Part shown: positions 21,848-32,695 of the stretch, piece after piece
How positions within the stretch are numbered: the first letter of the stretch is position 1
How the letters are laid out: every line of letters begins with the position of its first letter
Origin: Burkholderiales bacterium
GTDB lineage: Bacteria > Pseudomonadota > Gammaproteobacteria > Burkholderiales > SG8-41
Assembly: GCA_035620515.1 (NCBI GenBank)
Contig: DASPGR010000323.1
Span: 1 to 51,793 of the forward strand
Length of the DNA stretch: 51,793 nucleotides
Reading direction: 5' to 3'
Notes under the pieces: generated by a model
What the model saw: only the letters and a program-made list of their open reading frames with translations
Database searches by the model: none
Told to the model about the DNA's origin: nothing
Made by a program: the position numbers and the translations under genes

Positions 21848-23077
21848 TCAGGAGCCGGTTGCGTGCTGCTTCGCGCGCGCATCGGCGGGCGGGCGCAAGC
21901 GGCCGAGCAACCGTTCCGCGGCTGCGCGTGCCCTGGCGTCGGCTTCCATGATGTCCTCGAGTTCCCGCGCCGGCCGGAAATCCGTTTCGGACAGCACCTC
22001 TTCGATGATCGCCGAGATGCGGGGAAGACTGATCTCTCCCGAAAGGAAATGCGCAACGGCCACCTCGTTGGCCGCGTTCATCGCGGTGGGTGCCGACCCG
22101 CCCGCGGCAAGCACCTGATACGCGAGCCGCAAGCACGGAAAGCGCTGCAGGTCGGGGGCCTCGAAGCGCAGCGTACCGATACGTGCTAGGTCCAGAAAGG
22201 GCACCCCGGCCGCGATGCGGGACGGAAAATCGAGCGCGTGGGCAATGGGTGTGCGCATGTCGGGGTTCCCGAGCTGCGCGATGACGGAGCCGTCAATGTA
22301 CTCCACGAGCGAATGAATGATGCTCTCCGGGTGGATCACCACCTGGATACTCTGCGGGGCAATGTTGAAAAGCCAGTGCGCCTCGATCACCTCAAGGCCC
22401 TTGTTCATCATCGTCGCCGAGTCAACGGAGATCTTGCGCCCCATGACCCAGTTCGGGTGGGCGCACGCCTGCTCCGGCGTTACATGCTCCAGCTCGCGAA
22501 GCGGCAATACGCGGAAGGGCCCTCCGGAGGCGGTGAGGAGAATGCGCCGCACCCCTGCCGCCTGGGGATCGCCCGCGTATGAGGCCGGCAACGCCTGGAA
22601 GATGGCGTTGTGTTCGCTGTCTATCGGCAGGAGCTCGGCACCGCTCTTCCGTGCCGCCTCGATCAGCAGCGGCCCGCCGGTCACCAGGGACTCCTTGTTA
22701 GCCAGCATGATTCTCTTGCCAGCGCGCGCCGCGGCGAGCGTCGAGCGCAATCCCGCGAAGCCTACTATCGCGGCCATCACGCTGTCGACATCTGGCAGCG
22801 TCGCTACTGTCTCGAGGGCTTCCAGGCCGCACAACACTTCGCACTGCAGGTCCGATTGCTGAAGGCGGCGCCGGAGGTCCTCTGCCATGGCGGGATCCAG
22901 AACGACCGCATAGCGCGGCCTGTGCTTCAGGCACTGCTCAAAAAGCAGGGGTATCTGATTGCGAGCCGTGAGCGCCACGATCTCGAACTTTTCGGGATGA
23001 AGCGCTACCACTTCAAGCGTGCTGACGCCAACGCTGCCCGTGGACCCGAGGATGGTCAGGCGCCGCTTTGCGCTCAT
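21848..23077 (-). CDS. dxr: 1-deoxy-D-xylulose-5-phosphate reductoisomerase
   Basis: 409 aa: RLTILGSTGSVG, LANKESLV, and the NAANEVAV region. Confidence 0.97.
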   Translation of the reverse strand: MSAKRRLTILGSTGSVGVSTLEVVALHPEKFEIVALTARNQIPLLFEQCLKHRPRYAVVLDPAMAEDLRRRLQQSDLQCEVLCGLEALETVATLPDVDSVMAAIVGFAGLRSTLAAARAGKRIMLANKESLVTGGPLLIEAARKSGAELLPIDSEHNAIFQALPASYAGDPQAAGVRRILLTASGGPFRVLPLRELEHVTPEQACAHPNWVMGRKISVDSATMMNKGLEVIEAHWLFNIAPQSIQVVIHPESIIHSLVEYIDGSVIAQLGNPDMRTPIAHALDFPSRIAAGVPFLDLARIGTLRFEAPDLQRFPCLRLAYQVLAAGGSAPTAMNAANEVAVAHFLSGEISLPRISAIIEEVLSETDFRPARELEDIMEADARARAAAERLLGRLRPPADARAKQHATGS

Positions 23078-23093
23078 CGGTCAGCCGCTTCCA

Positions 23094-23885
23094 TTAGTTC
23101 AGATACAGCAACAGGGCGGCCGCCAACGGGATGCCCGACGTCAAGCTGTCGACCCGGTCGAGAATTCCGCCATGCCCCGGAAGAAGCGAACCGCTGTCCT
23201 TCACGCCCGCCTGACGCTTCATCCATGATTCGAACAGGTCTCCGACCATGCTTGCGGCCGTCACGACGGCAAACAACGCGACGCCCGTTTCGTCGCTCCA
23301 CCAATTCCATCCGGGCAGGAACTGCGACAGTACACCATAATACACCGCTACTGCAGCGACGCCGCCCGCAACGCCTTCCCAGGTCTTGCCGGGACTGATC
23401 GCGGCCGCCAGCCGGTGTCTGCCGCAGGCCCTGCCGACAAGGTACGCGCCCGTATCGGCCAGCCATATGATGCCGAGAACAGCGAGCAGCTGCCCGGGCT
23501 CGACCTGCAGGTGCCCCATGGCGAGCCATGCGGGCACCAGCACGACCCACCCGGTGAGCAGCAGCACCGCCTGCGATTTTACCTGCCAGCGCCGTACCAG
23601 CCAGGCCGGCGCGAGGAGGAGCCAGAACGCGCAACTTAATGCCAGCACCGTCGCGAAGAGAATGTCGCTTCGTGCCCACCAGAGTGCGACTGCAGTCGCA
23701 ACGGTTAGAGCGCAGAAGCCCCATCGCACATGGGGCGCACACCCTGATAACCGGCTCCATTCCCAGCCTGCCCCGGCGAGCAGCGGCACGAGAAAAGCCA
23801 TCCACCACGCGCTCGGGAGGTAGAGGAGCGCCGCGACAAAGACGGCCAGCAACGCTGCCGCGGTAGCCGCTCGCGCAGGGAACAT
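23094..23885 (-). CDS. cdsA: Phosphatidate cytidylyltransferase
   Basis: 263 aa, multi-TM, with the C-terminal signature SGSLLPGHGGILDRVDS. Confidence 0.9.
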   Translation of the reverse strand: MFPARAATAAALLAVFVAALLYLPSAWWMAFLVPLLAGAGWEWSRLSGCAPHVRWGFCALTVATAVALWWARSDILFATVLALSCAFWLLLAPAWLVRRWQVKSQAVLLLTGWVVLVPAWLAMGHLQVEPGQLLAVLGIIWLADTGAYLVGRACGRHRLAAAISPGKTWEGVAGGVAAVAVYYGVLSQFLPGWNWWSDETGVALFAVVTAASMVGDLFESWMKRQAGVKDSGSLLPGHGGILDRVDSLTSGIPLAAALLLYLN

Positions 23886-23913
23886 GGGAGAGTTGAAATT
23901 TGACGCGCGGCCG

Positions 23914-24702
23914 TCAGCCGGCGTCGCTCACGTCCTGGACGCGGTGGGCCGATAGCCCGGCGCCTTCCGGCAGCTGCTCGCTCGTCCGGCCGAATCGCCG
24001 CTCCCTCTGCTGATAGGACGTGATCGCTCGATCCAGCGTAGCCGCATCGAAATCCGGCCACAGGACCTCGGTGAAATAGAGCTCGGTGTAGGCGAGTTGC
24101 CAGAGCAGGAAGTTGCTGACCCGCTGCTCTCCCCCGGTGCGGATGAAGAGATCAGGTTCCGGCGCGTCGGCCATGGAAAGATAGGGGGTGAAGTCCTCCT
24201 CGCCGAAGCCGCGCACCAATTCGGGCCGCTCCCGGATCATTCGCCTGACGGCCTGCATGATGTCCCAGCGCCCGCCATAGTTCGCCGCGACCGTGAGCGT
24301 AAGTCTCCGGTTGCCCCTGGTGCGTGCCTCCGCGTCCTCGATGAGACGAACGAGCTTGGGCTCGAAGCGCTTGATGTCGCCGATGACCCTGAAGCGAACC
24401 CCGGCCTCGTGCAGCTTTTCGACTTCCTGCTCCAGGGCCATTACGAAAAGCTGCATGAGCAGCGACACCTCCTCGGGCGGCCTGCGCCAGTTCTCGCTGC
24501 TGAACGCAAACAAGGTGAGATATTCGACGCCGCGCTCGACGCACGCCCGCACGATGTTTCGCACGGCTTCGGCGCCGCGCCGGTGGCCCGCCACGCGCGG
24601 CAGGCCCCGTTGCTTCGCCCAGCGCCCGTTCCCATCCATGATGACGGCGATATGGCGCGGAATGCGGCGCGGTTCCGGTATCTCGCGAGTCGTGCTAGCC
24701 AT
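23914..24702 (-). CDS. uppS: Undecaprenyl diphosphate synthase
   Basis: 262 aa: [13 protein letters not shown] and [15 protein letters not shown]. Confidence 0.95.
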   Translation of the reverse strand: MASTTREIPEPRRIPRHIAVIMDGNGRWAKQRGLPRVAGHRRGAEAVRNIVRACVERGVEYLTLFAFSSENWRRPPEEVSLLMQLFVMALEQEVEKLHEAGVRFRVIGDIKRFEPKLVRLIEDAEARTRGNRRLTLTVAANYGGRWDIMQAVRRMIRERPELVRGFGEEDFTPYLSMADAPEPDLFIRTGGEQRVSNFLLWQLAYTELYFTEVLWPDFDAATLDRAITSYQQRERRFGRTSEQLPEGAGLSAHRVQDVSDAG

Positions 24703-24709
24703 GGGGTGA

Positions 24710-25267
24710 TCAGACCGCCATCAGGTCGGTTTCCTTCTGCTGCAGCAGCTTGTCGATATCGGCAACATGCCGGTCGGTCAGCTTCTGGACGTCATCTTGC
24801 GCCCGTCGCTCTTCGTCTTCAGCGACTTTTTTCTGCTTGAGCAGTTCTTTCAGCTGATGAATCGCGTCGCGCCGGACATTTCGCACGGCGACACGCGCGT
24901 TCTCGCCCTCGTGCCGCACGACTTTGATCAGTTCCTTGCGGCGCTCCTCGGTAAGCACGGGCATCGGCACGCGAACAGTTTCCCCCGTGGTTGATGGGTT
25001 CAACCCCAGGTCGGAGTCACGAATGGCCTTCTCGATGGTGCCCGCCATTTTCTTTTCCCACGGGGTCACTCCGATGGTGCGGGCATCGAGCAACGTGACG
25101 TTCGCCATCTGCGACAGGGGCGTCGGCGTGCCGTAGTAGTCCACGGTGATGTGATCCAGCAGGCCGGTATGGGCGCGGCCGGTACGCACCTTCGCCAGAT
25201 CGCTCTTCAGGGTATCGATGGTCCTTTTCATCTTCTGCTCGGCGGTTTTCTTGATATCGGCAATCAT
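24710..25267 (-). CDS. frr: Ribosome recycling factor
   Basis: Track ORF trimmed to [21 protein letters not shown] (185 aa). Confidence 0.96.
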   Translation of the reverse strand: MIADIKKTAEQKMKRTIDTLKSDLAKVRTGRAHTGLLDHITVDYYGTPTPLSQMANVTLLDARTIGVTPWEKKMAGTIEKAIRDSDLGLNPSTTGETVRVPMPVLTEERRKELIKVVRHEGENARVAVRNVRRDAIHQLKELLKQKKVAEDEERRAQDDVQKLTDRHVADIDKLLQQKETDLMAV

Positions 25268-25296
25268 GATCGTCCTCCCGCGTCTGCTGGGCTTGC

Positions 25297-26016
25297 TCAA
25301 TTATGCAGGAATGTACCCTCATCCTCGCCCAGAACGACGCGCTTCAACGCCGATGGCTTGAGGATGCTGAAGACGTTGATCGGCAGCTTCTGATCACGGC
25401 ACAGCGTCAGTGCGGTTGCGTCCATCACCTTGAGGTTCTTGAAGATCGCTTCATCGAATGTCAGGCGCTGATAGCGCATGGCCTCCGGGTGTGTTTTCGG
25501 ATCGTCCGTGTAGACCCCGTCGACCTTGGTCGCCTTGACCACGAGATCCACATTCATCTCCATGCCGCGCAATGCGGCGGCCGTGTCAGTCGTGAAAAAA
25601 GGATTTCCCGTCCCGGCTGCGAATATCACAACCTTGCCTTCCTCGAGATAGCGCATTGCCTTGCCCCGGATATAGGGCTCGACCACCTGCTCGATGTTCA
25701 GCGCGGACTGGACACGGCTCACCAGGCTTACGCGCCGCATCGCGTCCTGCAATGCCAGTGCGTTCATGACCGTAGCGAGCATGCCCATGTAATCGGCCGT
25801 GGCCCGGTCCATGTGGGAGACGGCGGGCGTAACGCCCCGGAATATATTGCCACCCCCGATCACCACGGCCACCTCCACGCCCAGGTTCACGATGTCGGCA
25901 ATTTCTCCGACGATCCGATCGACGGTGTCCCGGTTGATGCCGTAGGTGTCCTCGCCCATGAGCGCCTCGCCGCTCAGTTTCAGCAGAACGCGCTTGTATG
26001 CGGGCGTTTGCGGCAT
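25297..26016 (-). CDS. pyrH: UMP kinase
   Basis: Track ORF trimmed to [19 protein letters not shown] (239 aa). Confidence 0.96.
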   Translation of the reverse strand: MPQTPAYKRVLLKLSGEALMGEDTYGINRDTVDRIVGEIADIVNLGVEVAVVIGGGNIFRGVTPAVSHMDRATADYMGMLATVMNALALQDAMRRVSLVSRVQSALNIEQVVEPYIRGKAMRYLEEGKVVIFAAGTGNPFFTTDTAAALRGMEMNVDLVVKATKVDGVYTDDPKTHPEAMRYQRLTFDEAIFKNLKVMDATALTLCRDQKLPINVFSILKPSALKRVVLGEDEGTFLHN

Positions 26017-26062
26017 TTTCTCTTCCGGCGAATTCAGGAGGGGGATCCGGGTTGCGGCGCGC

Positions 26063-26947
26063 TCAGCTCGCGTGTCCCACCTGCGCCATGACCTCAGACA
26101 CGAAATCGTCCTTCTTCCTCTCGATTCCCTCTCCCACCAGATAGAGAGCAAAACCGGCCACGGAAGCAGCCCTGGATTTCAGAAGCTCTCCGACGCTTTG
26201 CTTGTCGTTCTTGACGAAGGGCTGTCCGAGGAGCGTCACCTCCCGCAGGAACTTCTGCACCGAGCCTTCCACCATCTTCTGGGTGATGTTGGCGGGCTTT
26301 CCCGACTCGGCGGCCTTCGCGGAGGCGATCTCGCGCTCCTTGTCGACCATGGCCGCGGGGACTTCCGCCGAACTCAATGCAACCGGCCTGCTCGCTGCGA
26401 TGTGCATCGCAAGGTCCTTCGCGAGCACATCGTCGCCTCCGACCACGTCGACGAGAACGCCGATTTTCGCCCCGCCATGAATATAGTTCGCAAGCTTGCC
26501 CTGTGCCGACATCCGGGCGAACCGGCGGATCGTCATGTTCTCGCCGATCTTGCCTACCAGCGCCCTGCGCACGTCGTCCACAGTCGAGCCGTTGCACGGA
26601 AGGCCGGCGAGAGCACCTACGTCCGCCGGCCGGTGCTCGACAACGAGCTGCGCAAGCCTCTCCGCAAAGGCCAGAAACTCGCCGTTCTTCGCTACGAAAT
26701 CGGTTTCGCAATTGAGCTCTATGAGAGCGCCCGTTTTTCCGTCCCCGGTGATATGCGAAGCGACCACGCCCTCGGCGGCCACCCGCGAGGCCGCCTTGCT
26801 CGCCTTGTTGCCCAGCTTGATTCGCAGGATCTCCTCGGCCCTGGCGAGGTCGCCAGCTGCTTCCGTCAGCGCCTTCTTGCACTCCATCATCGGCGCGTCG
26901 GTCTTGTCCCGAAGCTCCTTCACCAAGTTTGCGGTAATTGCCGCCAT
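26063..26947 (-). CDS. tsf: Elongation factor Ts
   Basis: [27 protein letters not shown]. The second ATG is used (GGGGA lies 5 nt upstream); ATG 26953 is an alternative. Confidence 0.96.
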   Translation of the reverse strand: MAAITANLVKELRDKTDAPMMECKKALTEAAGDLARAEEILRIKLGNKASKAASRVAAEGVVASHITGDGKTGALIELNCETDFVAKNGEFLAFAERLAQLVVEHRPADVGALAGLPCNGSTVDDVRRALVGKIGENMTIRRFARMSAQGKLANYIHGGAKIGVLVDVVGGDDVLAKDLAMHIAASRPVALSSAEVPAAMVDKEREIASAKAAESGKPANITQKMVEGSVQKFLREVTLLGQPFVKNDKQSVGELLKSRAASVAGFALYLVGEGIERKKDDFVSEVMAQVGHAS

Positions 26948-26964
26948 GCCCATCCCCGCTGGTT

Positions 26965-26987
26965 AAAAAAAAGGGGCTCGCGCCCCC
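26965..26987 (-). terminator. Intrinsic terminator/attenuator in the rpsB-tsf spacer
   Basis: The minus strand reads GGGGC-GCGA-GCCCC (5-bp GC stem, GNRA loop) followed directly by T8. It lies between the rpsB stop (27007) and the tsf start. Confidence 0.6.
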
Positions 26988-27006
26988 GAAGTCGTGTCGC
27001 GAAGGA

Positions 27007-27750
27007 TCAACCGCCCTCGCTTTCGTCGACCTCGACGAATTCCTCGCTGCTCCGGACGATCTCCTTCAGGCTGTCCTGCCGCCCCTCGAGCACGGCATCG
27101 GCGATGCCCCGGACATAAAGCCTGATCGCGCGACTCGAATCGTCGTTGCCGGGAATCACGTAGTCCACTCCGTCCGGGGAGTGATTCGTGTCGACGACTC
27201 CGATCAAGGGAATGCCGAGCTTCCGCGCCTCGGCGACCGCGCCTTTCTGGAAACCGACGTCGATCACGAACATGGCGTCCGGCAGCCCGTTCATGTCCTT
27301 GATGCCACCGAGGCTGCGCTCGAGCTTGGCGATCTCGCGCTGATAATGGAGGGCCTCTTTTTTCGGCAGCTTGTCGAGCGTTCCATCCTGCACCATCGCT
27401 TCCATGTCTTTCAGGCGCTTGATAGACTGCTTGACCGTCTTGTAGTTGGTGAGCATCCCGCCGAGCCAGCGATAATCGACATAGGGCGAGGCACAGCGCT
27501 GGGCCTCTTCGCGGATAATGTCGCGGGCCTGCCGCTTGGTCCCCACGAAGAGGACGCTGCCTTTGTTGGTGCACAGCTGGCGCACGAACTTGGTCGCTTC
27601 CTGGTACAGGGCCAGCGTCTGCTCCAGGTTGACGATGTGGATCTTGTTGCGGTGACCGAAGATGTACGGCGCCATCTTCGGGTTCCAATAGCGGGTCTGG
27701 TGGCCGAAATGCACGCCCGCTTCGAGCATTTCACGCATGGTGACCGACAT
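27007..27750 (-). CDS. rpsB: 30S ribosomal protein S2
   Basis: 247 aa: [32 protein letters not shown] Shine-Dalgarno upstream. Confidence 0.98.
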   Translation of the reverse strand: MSVTMREMLEAGVHFGHQTRYWNPKMAPYIFGHRNKIHIVNLEQTLALYQEATKFVRQLCTNKGSVLFVGTKRQARDIIREEAQRCASPYVDYRWLGGMLTNYKTVKQSIKRLKDMEAMVQDGTLDKLPKKEALHYQREIAKLERSLGGIKDMNGLPDAMFVIDVGFQKGAVAEARKLGIPLIGVVDTNHSPDGVDYVIPGNDDSSRAIRLYVRGIADAVLEGRQDSLKEIVRSSEEFVEVDESEGG

Positions 27751-27779
27751 GCTGCATGTCTCCTGTAAGGGTTAGCCTC

Positions 27780-27830
27780 CATTCGCCGAGAGGCCGCCCT
27801 TCACGGCGGCCACCCTCACGTTGGCGAATG
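27780..27830 (-). promoter_or_regulatory. Extended stem-loop in the rpsB 5' leader (candidate S2 autoregulatory structure)
   Basis: Outer 8-bp stem (27780-27787 / 27823-27830) and inner 7-bp stem GGCCGCC/GGCGGCC (27792-27798 / 27805-27811), ending 29 nt upstream of the ATG. Confidence 0.35.
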
Positions 27831-27874
27831 TGCGAATTGCTCCGCCAGATTTCGGATGGCAGAGCTAACTTGTT

Positions 27875-27883
27875 AGTTTAACA
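27875..27883 (-). promoter_or_regulatory. Candidate extended -10 promoter (TGTTAAACT) for rpsB-tsf
   Basis: TGn + TAAACT on the minus strand, in the AT-rich part of the rpsB/map divergent region, about 125 nt upstream of the rpsB ATG. Confidence 0.3.
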
Positions 27884-28017
27884 CGTGAATCAGAATGCCC
27901 TCAACAGAAACAGCGCGCGATGCGTCGAGGTTCATTCTGGACTAAAATCCGCTCTCCCTGAAAAACCAGCCGCTTACCACTCAGCGATCGCGCCACATGC
28001 GGCGCGGGTCGAGCTCC

Positions 28018-28818
28018 ATGCCCGTCAAAATCAAGACTGCTGATGAAATCGCGAAGATGCGGATTGCCGGCCGCCTGGCGGCAGATGTCCTGGATTTCAT
28101 CGCACCGCACGTGCGCCCGGGCGTCACCACGGGCGAGCTTGACCGCTTGTGTCACGACCATATCCTGCACGAGCAGCAGGCCACGCCGGCTCCGCTCAAT
28201 TACGCGCCGCCCGGGTATCGGCCGTTTCCGAAATCGATATGCACGTCGGTGAACCATGTCGTGTGCCACGGTGTCCCGGGCGACAAGAAACTGCGCGCGG
28301 GCGACATTGTCAATATCGACATCACAGTGATCAAGGACGGCTATCACGGCGACACCAGCCGCATGTTCTATGTCAGCGAGCCGTCCATACAGGCAAAGCG
28401 CTTGTGCGATGTCACTTACGAGTGTCTGTGGCTCGGCATTGAGGCGGTCCGTCCCGCCGCCCACCTCGGCGACATCGGTTACGCCATCCAGAAGCATGCG
28501 GAGCGGCACGGCTACAGCGTGGTCCGCGAATTCTGCGGCCATGGCATCGGCGAGAAGTTCCATGAGGAGCCGCAGGTACTCCACTACGGACGTCCGGGGG
28601 CCGGGCTGCGCCTGGAGGCTGGAATGACCTTCACGATTGAGCCAATGATCAATGCGGGGAAGCCCGAGATCCGCCAGCTCGCGGACGGATGGACGGTCGT
28701 CACCAAGGACCACAGCCTGTCCGCCCAGTGGGAGCACACGGTCCTTGTGACGGAGGATGGCTACGAGGTTCTGACCCTCTCGCCGGACGCTCCGGAGAGG
28801 CCGCCCCTGCATGGCTGA
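28018..28818 (+). CDS. map: Type I methionine aminopeptidase
   Basis: Track ORF trimmed to MPVKIKTADEIAKMR (266 aa). Metal ligand contexts NIDITV, HGIG and TIEPM. Confidence 0.95.
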   Translation: MPVKIKTADEIAKMRIAGRLAADVLDFIAPHVRPGVTTGELDRLCHDHILHEQQATPAPLNYAPPGYRPFPKSICTSVNHVVCHGVPGDKKLRAGDIVNIDITVIKDGYHGDTSRMFYVSEPSIQAKRLCDVTYECLWLGIEAVRPAAHLGDIGYAIQKHAERHGYSVVREFCGHGIGEKFHEEPQVLHYGRPGAGLRLEAGMTFTIEPMINAGKPEIRQLADGWTVVTKDHSLSAQWEHTVLVTEDGYEVLTLSPDAPERPPLHG

Positions 28819-31414
28819 ACAGGCGAGCCCGCAGCGTGCAAGCAACGCGGCAGCGCAACGGTTTCACGTGCGCGTTGGCGCGTGGAAGGCCAGGCTCGCT
28901 GATACCCGTCAGCGCCTGCGGGACGAATTCTTCGCGCGTGAGGCTCCAAACGAGCTCCTGCGCCGGCACTCGGCGGCGATCGACCGGCAGCTGAAGGAGG
29001 TGTGGGCGAGCCAGGTCATGCCCCGTGACGCGGTACTCGCGGCCGTGGGCGGGTACGGCCGCGGTCAGCTCTTTCCCTCTTCCGACATCGACCTCTTGAT
29101 CCTGCTCTCGACCCCGCCGGACGACCGGTTTGTCCGCAACCTGGAGGACCTTGTCGGCATACTCTGGGACATCGGTCTCGAGGTTGGCCACAGCGTACGC
29201 ACCGTCGAGGAGTGCCTCACGCTGTCGGCTACGGACCTGACCGTTCAGACGACGCTTCTCGAAGCGCGACGACTGGCGGGCAAGCGGGAACTCTTCGCGC
29301 GGTTCGCAAAGCGGTTGCGGGACGCGCTCGACCCCGGGGAATTCCTCCAGGCAAAGCTCCTCGAGCAGCAGCAACGCCATTCCCGATACGCGGAGAGCAG
29401 TCTTGAGCCCAACATCAAGGAGAGCGCCGGCGGCCTGCGCGATCTGCAGAACATCATCTGGATCTCACGCGCGGGCGGTCTCGGCAGCTCGTGGCGCGAG
29501 CTCGCGCGCAGGGGCTTCATCATCCTCAGCGAGGCGCGCGAGATCCAGCGTCACGAGCAGTTCCTCCAGGACCTGAGAATACGGCTCCATTACCTCGCCG
29601 GGCGGCGGGAAGACCGCCTGCTATTCGACTACCAGGCCTCGCTGGCGCGAGCCCTGGGTCTGCACGACAGCGCGAACCGGCTCGCCAGCGAGCAGCTGAT
29701 GCAGCGCTACTACCGGACCGCCAAGGCGGTGTCGCAGCTCAATACAATACTGCTGCAGAATCTGGGCGCCCGTATCGTTCCGCAGCACGACGCGGAATAC
29801 CACGCCGTCAATGAGCGCTTCGGAGTGAGGGACGAGCGGCTCGAGGTCCGGGATGAGCGGCTTTTCCGGCGCCACCCGGAGGCCATCCTCGAGAGCTTTG
29901 GGCTGCTGCAGGCCCGCCACGAGTTGAAGGGCATGAACGCCCGGACACTGCGCTCGCTATGGCGTGCCCGCCGGCTCATCAACGCCGCGTTCCGGCGCAA
30001 CGAGCGCAACCGCCGGCAGTTCATGCAGATCCTGCGCAGCCCCGATCGCGTCGAGCGCACGCTTCGGCGCATGAACGAGAACGGCGTCCTGGGCGGCTAT
30101 CTGCCCGCCTTCGGCCGCATCGTCGGGCAGATGCAGCACGACCTCTACCATGTTCACACGGTGGACGAGCACATCCTGCGGGTCGTGCGTAATCTGCGGC
30201 GCTTCTCGATCCCGGAGCTCGCTCACGAGTTTCCGCTTTGCAGCCGCCTCATGAGCAACTTCGACCGGCCGGAGGTGCTTTATGTGGCCGCCCTCTTCCA
30301 TGACATCGCGAAGGGGCGCGGCGGGGACCATTCCCAGCTGGGGGCGATCGATGCGCGCCGCTTCTGCCGCGAGCATTCTCTGCTTCCCGAGGACACGGAG
30401 CTCGTGGCGTGGCTCGTCGAGCATCATCTTGTCATGTCGGCCACCGCCCAGAAGCAGGATATTGCCGATCCCGAAGTGATCGCGGCGTTTGCCGCGCGCG
30501 TGCGCGACGAGCGTCATCTCGCCGCGCTCTACCTTCTCACCGTCGCGGATATTCGCGGAACGAGCCCGAAGGTGTGGAACGCCTGGAAAGCCAAGCTCCT
30601 CGAGGATCTCTTCGGCGCAACGCGCCGCCGGCTCGCGGGGCACCACGCCACGGTCGCAAGCAGCCTGCAGACCCGCCAGGACGATGCGCGTGCCAAGCTG
30701 CAGCTCTACGCCGTGCCGGAGCGCGCGCAGGACGCGCTATGGTCCAAGCTCGACGACACGTATTTCCTGCGCCACGAGCCCCAGGAAATCGCGTGGCACA
30801 CGCGGCTGCTTTACTACCGCGTGGACTCCCCGGAACCCGTCGTCAAGGCGCGCCTGTCTCCTGCGGGCGAAGGCTTGCAGGTGATGATCTACGTGCCGGA
30901 TCAAAAGGAGCTCTTTGCCCGCATCTGCAGTTTCTTCGAGAGCATCAGCTACGACATCTACGAGGCCAAGATCTACACAACCCGGCATGGCTACGCGCTC
31001 GACTCGTTCCAGGTCCAGGATCCCGACAACCGGCGGCCGCAGTACCGCGACGTGATCGGGTTGATCGAATACGAGCTGGCCGACCGTCTGAGGAACAAAT
31101 CGGCGTTGCCTCCGCTCGGGAAGCCGCGGTTGAGCCGCCAGCTCCGTCACTTTCCGATCTCGCCTGAAGTCAACATCCAGCCGGATGATCGGGGCGTCTA
31201 TTGGGTGCTATCCATCATTGCGGGGGACCGGCCGGGGCTGCTCTCGAGGATCGCCCGCGTGCTGACCGCGTTCGACATCAATCTGCATACCGCAAAGATC
31301 AACACGCTTGGCGCCCGCGCCGAGGACGTGTTCCTGATTACGGGTGGCGGGCTCAAGAATCCGAAAACGGTTGTGAAGCTGGAAAGCGCCCTGGTCGAGC
31401 AGCTCCGCACCTGA
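28811..31414 (+). CDS. glnD: [Protein-PII] uridylyltransferase / uridylyl-removing enzyme
   Basis: 867 aa with a nucleotidyltransferase domain (GGYGRGQLFPSSDIDLL), an HD domain (LFHDIAKG) and two C-terminal ACT-like regions. The start overlaps the map stop (ATGGCTGA). Confidence 0.95.
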   Translation: MAEQASPQRASNAAAQRFHVRVGAWKARLADTRQRLRDEFFAREAPNELLRRHSAAIDRQLKEVWASQVMPRDAVLAAVGGYGRGQLFPSSDIDLLILLSTPPDDRFVRNLEDLVGILWDIGLEVGHSVRTVEECLTLSATDLTVQTTLLEARRLAGKRELFARFAKRLRDALDPGEFLQAKLLEQQQRHSRYAESSLEPNIKESAGGLRDLQNIIWISRAGGLGSSWRELARRGFIILSEAREIQRHEQFLQDLRIRLHYLAGRREDRLLFDYQASLARALGLHDSANRLASEQLMQRYYRTAKAVSQLNTILLQNLGARIVPQHDAEYHAVNERFGVRDERLEVRDERLFRRHPEAILESFGLLQARHELKGMNARTLRSLWRARRLINAAFRRNERNRRQFMQILRSPDRVERTLRRMNENGVLGGYLPAFGRIVGQMQHDLYHVHTVDEHILRVVRNLRRFSIPELAHEFPLCSRLMSNFDRPEVLYVAALFHDIAKGRGGDHSQLGAIDARRFCREHSLLPEDTELVAWLVEHHLVMSATAQKQDIADPEVIAAFAARVRDERHLAALYLLTVADIRGTSPKVWNAWKAKLLEDLFGATRRRLAGHHATVASSLQTRQDDARAKLQLYAVPERAQDALWSKLDDTYFLRHEPQEIAWHTRLLYYRVDSPEPVVKARLSPAGEGLQVMIYVPDQKELFARICSFFESISYDIYEAKIYTTRHGYALDSFQVQDPDNRRPQYRDVIGLIEYELADRLRNKSALPPLGKPRLSRQLRHFPISPEVNIQPDDRGVYWVLSIIAGDRPGLLSRIARVLTAFDINLHTAKINTLGARAEDVFLITGGGLKNPKTVVKLESALVEQLRT

Positions 31415-31419
31415 CCAAA

Positions 31420-31953
31420 TCATTCGTCCTGCAGGTCCTGGCCCGGGAAGAGCTCGGCGTTGAATCCGAAATTTCGCAGGTCGCGGATCCTCATCGGGTA
31501 GAGGATCCCCGCGAGGTGATCGCACTCGTGCTGCACCACGCGTGCGTGAAAATCGCTCACCGTGCGGTCGACCGGGCGCCCGAACTGGTCCTGCCCTCGA
31601 TAGCGCAGGCGACGATGACGGGGAACAAGCCCGCGCATCCCGGGCACGCTGAGGCATCCCTCCCAGCCCTCCTCCATCTCGTCACCCAGAGGCGTGAGTT
31701 CGGGATTGACGAGAACCGTATGCGGCACCGGCTCCGCGTCCGGGTAACGCGGATTGCGCTCCACGCCGAATATGGCCACCTGCAGGCCGACACCGATCTG
31801 GGGCGCCGCCAGCCCGGCGCCGTTCAGCGCGCGCATCGTATCTTCCATATCCGCGATCAGGGAATGCAGCTCCGGGGTATCGAACTGCACCACGGGTTCC
31901 GCGACCCGCAGAAGCCGGGGATCTCCCATGCGCAGCACGGACCTAATTGCCAT
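31420..31953 (-). CDS. def: Peptide deformylase
   Basis: 177 aa with [16 protein letters not shown] and HECDHL. Confidence 0.93.
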   Translation of the reverse strand: MAIRSVLRMGDPRLLRVAEPVVQFDTPELHSLIADMEDTMRALNGAGLAAPQIGVGLQVAIFGVERNPRYPDAEPVPHTVLVNPELTPLGDEMEEGWEGCLSVPGMRGLVPRHRRLRYRGQDQFGRPVDRTVSDFHARVVQHECDHLAGILYPMRIRDLRNFGFNAELFPGQDLQDE

Positions 31954-32689
31954 CCGCGCTCACCAGGTGATCGAGTATCCTGCGCACCCGGGCCATGGCG
32001 TCGCGGGAAACCGCGTTGATTTCGTCGAGGTGCACGCCGTCGCTGCTCGAGCCGCGGCCCGCGGCGTAGTTGACGACGACGGCAATTGCCGCGTAGCAGA
32101 TTCCGAGCTCACGCGCGAGCGCCGCCTCGGGCATGCCGGTCATGCCCACCATGTCGGCTCCGTCGCGCTCCAGACGGGTCACTTCGGCCGCGGTTTCGAG
32201 GCGAGGGCCTTGCGTCGCTGCATAGGTTCCCCCCGCGAAGATCGGCTCGTGCGCCGCTGCCGCCGCCGCGGCGAGCTGGTCGCGCAGCGCAGCGCAGTAC
32301 GGGTGCGTAAAGTCGATATGCGTCACGCTGCGGTCGGCCTGATCGAAGTACGTCGAGCCGCGCCCGTGGGTATAGTCGATGATCTGATCGGGCAGGGCGA
32401 GGCTCCCCGGAATGAGATCGGACCTGATGCCGCCCACCGATGCCACCGAGACGACAGGATCGGCGCCCTGCGCGTGAAGCGCCCAGATGTTGGCCCGGTA
32501 GTTCACCTCGTGGGGCGGGATCGTGTGCCCGTATCCGTGCCGCGCCAGGAACACGACTTCGCGTCCCCGGATCGTGCCGAAGGTAAGCGCCCCGGATGGC
32601 TCGCCATACGGCGTGCGCACGACCTGCCGCCGCGTCATCTCGAGGTTGGCGAGCTGCGTGAGCCCGCTGCCGCCGATGATTCCTAGCAT
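31943..32689 (-). CDS. mtnP: S-methyl-5'-thioadenosine / methylthioinosine phosphorylase (PNP family)
   Basis: 248 aa: [10 protein letters not shown]..., [35 protein letters not shown]. Whether the substrate is MTA or MTI cannot be told from the sequence. Confidence 0.85.
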   Translation of the reverse strand: MLGIIGGSGLTQLANLEMTRRQVVRTPYGEPSGALTFGTIRGREVVFLARHGYGHTIPPHEVNYRANIWALHAQGADPVVSVASVGGIRSDLIPGSLALPDQIIDYTHGRGSTYFDQADRSVTHIDFTHPYCAALRDQLAAAAAAAHEPIFAGGTYAATQGPRLETAAEVTRLERDGADMVGMTGMPEAALARELGICYAAIAVVVNYAAGRGSSSDGVHLDEINAVSRDAMARVRRILDHLVSADGN

Positions 32690-32695
32690 CGCGAA

